Below, in pieces: positions 56,122-64,000 of a stretch of 64,000 bases of DNA. The notes beneath the pieces are model-generated. The model saw only the letters and a list, made by a program, of their open reading frames with translations. It ran no database searches and was not told the origin of the DNA. Every line of letters starts with the position of its first letter. Position 1 is the first letter of the stretch. Both the position numbers and the translations under genes were made by a program. Source of the stretch: Eledone cirrhosa (taxonomy: Eukaryota); contig CAXHJY010000971.1 in the NCBI GenBank assembly GCA_964016885.1, forward strand, positions 34,378 through 98,377. Reading direction: 5' to 3'.

Positions 56122-56159
56122 TATATGTATAAATTTATATATATATATATATTATATGA

Positions 56160-56195
<36 letters not shown>

Positions 56196-56286
56196 AAATT
56201 TATATATATATATATTATATGAATTTATATATATATATATATATAATATATATATGTATAAATTTATATATATATATATTATATGA

Positions 56287-56322
<36 letters not shown>

Positions 56323-56350
56323 AAATTTAATATATATATATATCATATAA

Positions 56351-56386
<36 letters not shown>

Positions 56387-57189
56387 AAATTTATATATAT
56401 ATATATTATATGAATTAATATATATATATATATATGTGAAATAAATTTAAATATATATATATATATATATTATAAAAATTTATATATATATATATATAAG
56501 CATTAAAATACTGGAGCGTGTTGGAGTTAAACACCCTCTTCGTATTATAGAAATGACAGTAAAAGGTATAGCTCAATGCAGTTAACCAGAGCCAAAAAAT
56601 TAAGAGAGTAAATCAAAGAATCCTTTAATACATGAAAAGTTTTTATTAGCCGACAATGTGTCGTCCTATTAAGGACTCATCAGGGCAATCAAAACAACAA
56701 GAAGTAATATCGGCAGATACAAGCCGGAAGCTCCGAAGAATATGAAGTGTACATACACTAATGTCTTGCAAAAATATATAATAAAAATAAAAATAAAAAT
56801 AATAAAAATATATAATAAGAATAACTAAGGATGTATATAACATTAAGAACCATATTGCAAATATAGTCCAAAGCAACTAACCTAAAGCTAAACAAATGTG
56901 GTTTTATAGAGCAGGAATTATATATAACACAATGTAATATAACATAATACATTATAATAATATACCTTTACCAACATTAAAATTACAATTAAAAATCAAA
57001 AGGTACAATATATACATGTATATATGTGCGCACACACACACTCCAGTATTTTAATCCTTGTCACTGCTCCCGACCGGTTGAGCTTACTCACATATATACT
57101 GGTATTTTGGCCTTTATATATATTTATCTGAGAGTATGCTAACAAAGAGTTACCTGCCTTTATCTCTGAAGAATATTCCCACCCCCTCT

Positions 57190-57975
57190 AAGAATACTTA
57201 TTTCAACCCGCCATATAATCAGAATGTATCAACTAATATCCCTAGGTCTTTCTTCACTATCTTAGAGAAAAATTTCCCCCCTTCTCATAAATACCATGGT
57301 ATTTTTAATAAAAATGTTATTAAACTCTCATTCTCTACCACCCCTAATATTAGTTCTCATTTAGCTAGCACTAATAATAGGAAAATTAGGGATGGATTCT
57401 CCTCTCTACATACTACTAGTCTGAACGGATCTGACAATGCTTTACCACCAGAACAGTCCTTATCTAATAGACATCCTACGTGTAATACATCACCACTCGA
57501 GCCAACGAATAACACCCGGAAGTGCAATTGTAGAGTGAGTGCTAACTGCCCTTTAAACGGTAACTGCCTTTCTAAGAACATTGTCTACGCTTGCGAAGTT
57601 ATAACTAATTCCTCTAATAGAACTTATATAGGATCTACTTCAAACACTTTTAAGACGAGGTTTAACTCTCATATCTCTAACTTCAAACATGTTAGGTTTA
57701 AGAATTCTACTTCTTTAGCGCATTATATCTGGGATCTTAAGGGAGCTTATATACCATATAGCCTTAACTGGCGTTTAGTAGCACGCTCTAACCACCTTTC
57801 TACACATACTAAGTTTTGTAATCTCTGTATCCTTGAGACACACTCTATAATTTTCTCTAGCGTATCCTTACTTAATAGAAAGTCTGAGATATTCTCTTCT
57901 TGCCCCCACGCCATTTCTAATTCTTACTTTTATTATAAACCCAAACGTTCTAGTAGTACAAATTGTACCCATTAG
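57190..57975 (+). pseudogene. Penelope-like GIY-YIG endonuclease region
   Basis: YFNPPY, CNCRVSANCPLNGNC, IVYAC...YIGST, CNLCILE, LLNRKSE. Confidence 0.88.
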
Positions 57976-59861
57976 CAGATATATTCCATTACTTATTTTT
58001 TAGTTTAGGTTCTTTTGTTTGCCAACATTATTGTTATCATCATTATTACCATTGGTTTTTTATGACTCTTCATTCTAGCTCTCATAATCATTTGGCTACT
58101 GTACCATATCTGTGTTTTCACTATTACACCTTGTTAATATATATAAGATTACACACTTTACGCCATTTACTTTATTTTATTATTATTTTTATTTTTATTT
58201 TTATTTTTATTATTAATTTTATTTTTAATTTTATTTTTAATTTTATTCAGATTAATATTTGGATACCCCCTCCCCTCCCCCCTCCCCCCATGCGCACATA
58301 AACTTATTGTCAACCCCTCCAGATTGACTATGATTATATTTACCCCCCCTCCTCTTTTACTCTCCGTTCTATTATTTATTATAGTATATCGACTATATTT
58401 TATGCCCCTTTGCACCCTCCATATATTTCTTCAATTCTGTCCCCATTAGCCTACCTTAATTCTACTTAAGTCAGTTTTTTTAGATATCGTTATGTATATG
58501 ATAGTAAAAAATTTCATTCCTTTTTGTAAACATTTGTAACGAAACATTAAAGTTTATAAACTTTAATGACTTAAACTACAGCTAATATTATACTACCTTA
58601 TTGGATAGTTTTGATATTTTTAATATTAATTTATCAAATAGGGTTTTGAGTCAATTAAAGTGATTGTTTTCCTTAGTTTTTACCTAACTACTTAACCGCA
58701 TGTGAGACCTAAATGTGTATATATTTGTTTTTGTTTTGTAATTTCCGGTTGATTATATTTATTTATTTTATTCTATATTTTATATTCTATTTACTATTCA
58801 CTGTCTGGCTTTACTTACACATCCACATATGTCTGTCTACTAACCTTGTAATTATAAGTATTTATATATTATTTTATGTCAATTTATAATATATTATATT
58901 ATATTGTATTGTAATAGTGATCCTTATTACTTACTGTTCATTATATGTAACATTATGATATTTAAACTTTATATATCATGTATGATGTCTGTATTTTTGT
59001 AATATTGTAATATTGATCCTTATTACTTACTGTTCATTATATGTAACATTATGATATTTAGACTTTACATATCATGTAAGATGTCTGTATATTTTTTTTC
59101 TGTACCATCATAATTTTTTATGTACCATCATAGTGTTTTTTGAGTATTGTATAATTTATTTTTCCTCATTTACTCTGTAACCCAGTATGAATCGATTTGT
59201 ATATATTGTTTATTGTAAATGTTAGTACATTGTTAACATATTATCATTATATTATTATTGTGACATCTATGTTGTTTGTGTAAATTAACCGGGGATTATC
59301 TATTATATTATATTGAATTATATAATTTTATTGTTTATTATTTATTATATGTGTCTCTTGTAATTATATCATATTATTGCCTCATGTATATTGGGTAGAT
59401 GTATTGGTATTATTTTCATTCTTATCATGCTTATTTTTATATTCAAACTTCTAATAAGGCTTAATTTGTGTAGTTGAATATAGATGTGCGTATTGTTGTA
59501 TATGTGTGTGTGTGTGTGTGCGCACATATATACATGTATATATTGTACCTTTTGATTTTTAATTGTAATTTTAATGTTGGTAAAGGTATATTATTATAAT
59601 GTATTATGTTATATTACATTGTGTTATATATAATTCCTGCTCTATAAAACCACATTTGTTTAGCTTTAGGTTAGTTGCTTTGGACTATATTTGTAATATG
59701 GTTCTTAATGTTATATACATCCTTAGTTATTCTTATTATATATTTTTATTATTTTTATTTTTATTTTTATTATATATTTTTGCAAGACTTTAGTGTATGT
59801 ACACTCCATATTCTTCGGAGCTTCCGGCTTGTATCTGCCGATATTACTTCTTGTTGTTTTG

Positions 59862-59906
59862 ATTGCCCTGATGAGTCCTTAATAGGACGAAACATTGTCG
59901 GCTAAT
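59862..59906 (+). ncRNA. Minimal type I hammerhead ribozyme
   Basis: ATTGCC-CTGATGA-GTCC ttaata GGAC-GAAA-CATTGTC-GGCTAAT; inverted copy 56645-56690 has GAAA>GACA. Confidence 0.82.
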
Positions 59907-59984
59907 AAAAACTTTTGATGTATTAAAGGATTCTTTGTTTTACTCTCTTAATATATATATATATATATATATTTTATAAATTTA

Positions 59985-60035
<51 letters not shown>

Positions 60036-60128
60036 TATATAAATGATATATATACATTATATAAATTTATATATATATATATATATATATATACATTATA
60101 TAAATGATATATATACATTATATAAATT

Positions 60129-60160
<32 letters not shown>

Positions 60161-60399
60161 ATTTTATAAGATTTTATATATATATATATATATTATATAA
60201 GTTTATATATATATATATATTATATAGATTTATATTTTATATATATATATATATTATATATATATATTATATATAAATTTATATATATATATATATATTA
60301 TATATATATATTATATATAAATTTATATATATATATATATATTATATATAAATTTATATATATATATATATATTATATATAAATTTATATATATACATA

Positions 60400-63300
60400 T
60401 ATGTAGTTAAATCTACCAAAATGTACGGTAGTGTCCAATCCGTATGAAGAACTCAATGTAATCCGAATATCATGAAAAGAGAAGATGTATTCAAAAAAAT
60501 CTTTCGGTAAAAATAACGGAAATAAGAGTCAAGATAAATTAATAAAATAATTATTAAACAAAGAAAAAGTTCCTTATATTAAAAAATTCATCATTTTACA
60601 ATCGTTTCTAGGATATATATGTTAGTGTTGGTATGCATGTCCTATAAATCTATGTAAAATGTTTACAAACTATCAGAGGGAATATACATACCTACACATA
60701 TATATGCTGTCTTTAGAAATAATGATATTTGTTTATTGAAAAAAACCAACAAAGATTTAACACTATTGGAATTTCAAAATGAAACTGGACCAGAAACACA
60801 TATAGTAATCTATTCGATATTACTATGGACTCAAGTGATTCTGCCCAAATTACTGATCTTGTGGGCCTCTTTCTTCTTTTTAACATAAATGCTTCCTTTC
60901 CCCACCTTAAAGGTGGTTTATATCGTGATGACTGTCTTCTTCTCTCCAATAACCTTAGCCTTTCAGAGATAGAAAAAAATAAAAAGCTTATTAGAACTTT
61001 CCTCAAAAACTATTATAGTCTAGATATTACATTTAAAAACACAAGTAAAGTAGTTAATTTCCTTGATATAACATTAGACTTATCTACGGGTATCTACCAA
61101 CCTTACCATAAACCTAACCAAAATTTACATTACATACACTCACAATCTAATCACCCTAAATCTATCCTTAAAAACCTACCATATAATATCTCACTTAGAA
61201 TTTCTAACCTTTCGTCTAACCAGGATGTATTTGATAAAAATGCGACCTTTTATAACGAAGCTTTAGCTAGAAGTGGCCACAAAATAAATTAGTATATATA
61301 AATTGTACCAATAACGCTACAAACATACACCCTAATAATACCAACAAACACCAAATGAAACATACACACCTAAATGCCACTCACACTATACCCCAAAATA
61401 CCAACATAAAACCAAATTTCTCTAACTCTTCTAATATACAATATAGTAACTCTCAAAAAACTATTCATCCTACTACTCTAATAAATGTTAATAAGAAAAC
61501 TCCTAATAAACAAGCTAAAACACCTAAATCAATAAATCTAACTAAAAATGTGTGTGGTGAAGTCATTACCAATAATTCTCATAATAAACATCAGGATACA
61601 TCCTATAAAAACAAAAAAAACAACATCTAAACCGTAATAGACGAGTTACTTGGTATAATGCTCCATTTAATTTACAAATTAAGGATAATATACCTAAAAA
61701 ATGTTTTAATATCCTAGAGAAGAAGTTCCCGCCAAACCACAAATACCATCAAATTTTAAATAGATCAACGGTTAAATTCTCCTACTCAACAACCAAAAAC
61801 ATAAAACAAAATATGTGCCTACAATGTATATAAATGTAAAAAAAACCATGAGTATACCACCAGTACATCAAACTAACCATAATATCTCCTCTGATACAGG
61901 ATTCACGAAAAGTTGTAACTGTAGAAACAAAGCAAACTGCCCATTAAAAGGAAATTGCATTGTTAATAACATAGTATATAAATGTAAAGTTAACACTAAG
62001 GACTCAATTTATTCATATATAGGAGCTACTTCTAACCAATTTAAAGTAAGATTTAATACCCACAAACATAGACTTAAAAATGCCGCATTAGCTAATACAA
62101 CATCTCTAGCTGAAATAATTAATAATTATAGAAAGAGGAATATAGATTATGGCCTGACCTGGAGTGTGCTCAAAAGGCCACCCCTTATAAAAATAATAGA
62201 TATGAATGTAGATTGTGTTCCCAAGAACTTTTTGAAATAATGAAATCTAAGGATATCCTATTAAGTAAGCGACAGGAATTAATAATATCGTGTAATCATA
62301 AACTGAGAAAAACCTTTAAATATTATAAACCTAATTAATATACATTTTAGAAATTAATATAAAAACTATTTTTAATTTAGTTAACCTATAATTAATATTC
62401 TACTACTGATGAACTACATAATTTTACTTTCCTTCTTACAACTATCTTTTCCTAAAATTGATACCATTAAGTAAACATATATAATGTTATAATTTCAGGT
62501 TATGATTCTATGTTCCTTGAAATCTCTATATATTTATTATTTCTCACTAATAAATTTACCCCCCCCCCCCAATAATTATATATAGTAGAGCATTCGACTG
62601 CAGATCGAGAGGTCCCCGGTTCAATCCCGGGTGCCCCCTTGGTGACGGGTAGTCTTTTAAGGGCGGTGCCCCAGCATGGCCTCAGCCGGATGGCTGAAAC
62701 AGGTAAAAGGGTAAAAGAGTATATATTCTTTTTATATTTTTTTTATTTCCCCTCGTCTTTAAGAGTACTCTTCAATTACATCTAACTCTTATTTATCATA
62801 TCCATATGCATTAATATAATTTTATCAATATAAATATACCCATCAATTAAATTAATTTATATTCTTTTCATAGACGTAAATTCCATAAATATTTTTTTCA
62901 CTAACACTTTTATCGTAAAATGTTAGTCTCATTAGATATTTACATTGGCATTATTCTTTTATAACAGCAACTTTTCGTGTACCTTTTACTGACCTGACCT
63001 ATTTTGACCCCTAAAATAACCTTTTCATTCTTCATACTCCTTCCATTCAAAACTGAAATCTGCCGTCTTCTAAACCTAAAATAAACTTCCATTACTACTA
63101 TTTTACCATTTGGCCAATTATTACCTTTTTATTGGTCAATTCAAAACCTGTTCTCAAACAGACCTACTATATTAAATCTTTGTTGGTTTTATTCAATGAA
63201 CAAATATACTTATTTCTGAGGTCAGCATATGACCTATTTTCATACCTAAAATAATCTTTCATTCATAATATTCTTTCCATCCAAAACTGAAATCTACCTT

Positions 63301-63630
63301 CCTCTACCCATAAATTAAGGTTCTTTTACTACTATTTTACCATCTTGAGCTTCACTATCTTTCTATTGGTCAATTCAAAACCTGTTCCCAAACAGACATA
63401 TTGTATTAAATCTTTGTTGGCTTTTTTCAATAAACAAATATCATTATTTCTGAAGACAGCATATATATGTGTAGGTATGTATATTCCCTCTGATAGTTTG
63501 TAAAAATGTTACATAGATCTATAAGATATGCATACCAACACTAACATATATATCCTAGAAACGATCGCAAAATGATGAATTTTTTAATATAAGGAACTGT
63601 TTCTTTTTTTATTCATTATTTTATTAATTT
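60400..63630 (+). mobile_element. Degenerate Penelope-like element with inverted pLTRs (~60535-60770 vs ~63400-63630)
   Basis: RT GLYRDD, NFLDITLDL, SNHP; CNCRNKANCPLKGNC; IVYKC...YIGAT; multiple frameshifts; mutated long-stem-II hammerheads in both pLTRs. Confidence 0.88.
62585..62720 (+). mobile_element. tRNA-Cys-derived SINE (5'-truncated) with LINE-like 3' tail
   Basis: GTAGAGCATTCGACTGCAGATCGAGAGGTCCCCGGTTCAATCCCGGGTGCCCCCT (GCA anticodon, B box), then GGTGCCCCAGCATGGCCT...TGGCTGAAA..GTAAAAG tail; TATATA on both sides. Confidence 0.8.
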
Positions 63631-63686
63631 ATATATATATATATATTATATATAAATTTATATATATATATATTATATATATATAT

Positions 63687-63737
<51 letters not shown>

Positions 63738-63825
63738 AATTTATATATTTATATCTATATATATATTATATATAAATTTGTATATATATAAATTTATATA
63801 TACATATATAAATATATATATATAA

Positions 63826-63888
<63 letters not shown>

Positions 63889-64000
63889 AAATATATATAT
63901 ATATATATTATATAATATAAATATATAGTATATATATATGATATATATAATTTATATATTAATATATATATATTATTATATATTAATATATATATTATAT

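Larger units (their letters stand above)
56500..59952 (+). mobile_element. 5'-truncated Penelope-like element with inverted pLTRs (~56600-57040 vs ~59510-59952)
   Basis: Mirror ORFs 56646-56876(-)/59675-59905(+); GIY-YIG ORF in between. Confidence 0.88.

Noticed and set aside
62585-62639. Functional tRNA-Cys gene
   Set aside because: Lacks the 5' acceptor stem and start of the D arm/A box, and is fused to a LINE-like tail

Overview
Eukaryotic, extremely AT-rich animal genomic DNA. The TTAGGG repeats and a tRNA-derived SINE with a cephalopod-like tail suggest an octopus or other mollusc (inference). No host protein-coding gene is recognisable. Most of the window is (TA)n microsatellite carrying decayed Penelope-like elements (GIY-YIG, hammerhead ribozymes, inverted pLTRs), one RTE LINE, one CR1-like LINE, a non-autonomous Helitron and a SINE. 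The outstanding feature is an apparently complete ~4-kb parvovirus/densovirus-like genome at 202-4868 (minus strand), with both terminal hairpins and intact ORFs but an unusual organisation. The PLA2-bearing capsid gene lies upstream of the NS1 body, and is wholly contained in a predicted 1618-nt GT-AG intron. That intron joins an 18-codon ATG exon (4466-4413) in frame to the NS1 body (2794-1130). The element also carries a ~707-bp inverted duplication centred on one terminal hairpin, as expected for a rolling-hairpin dimer junction. Boundaries inside microsatellite DNA are approximate.
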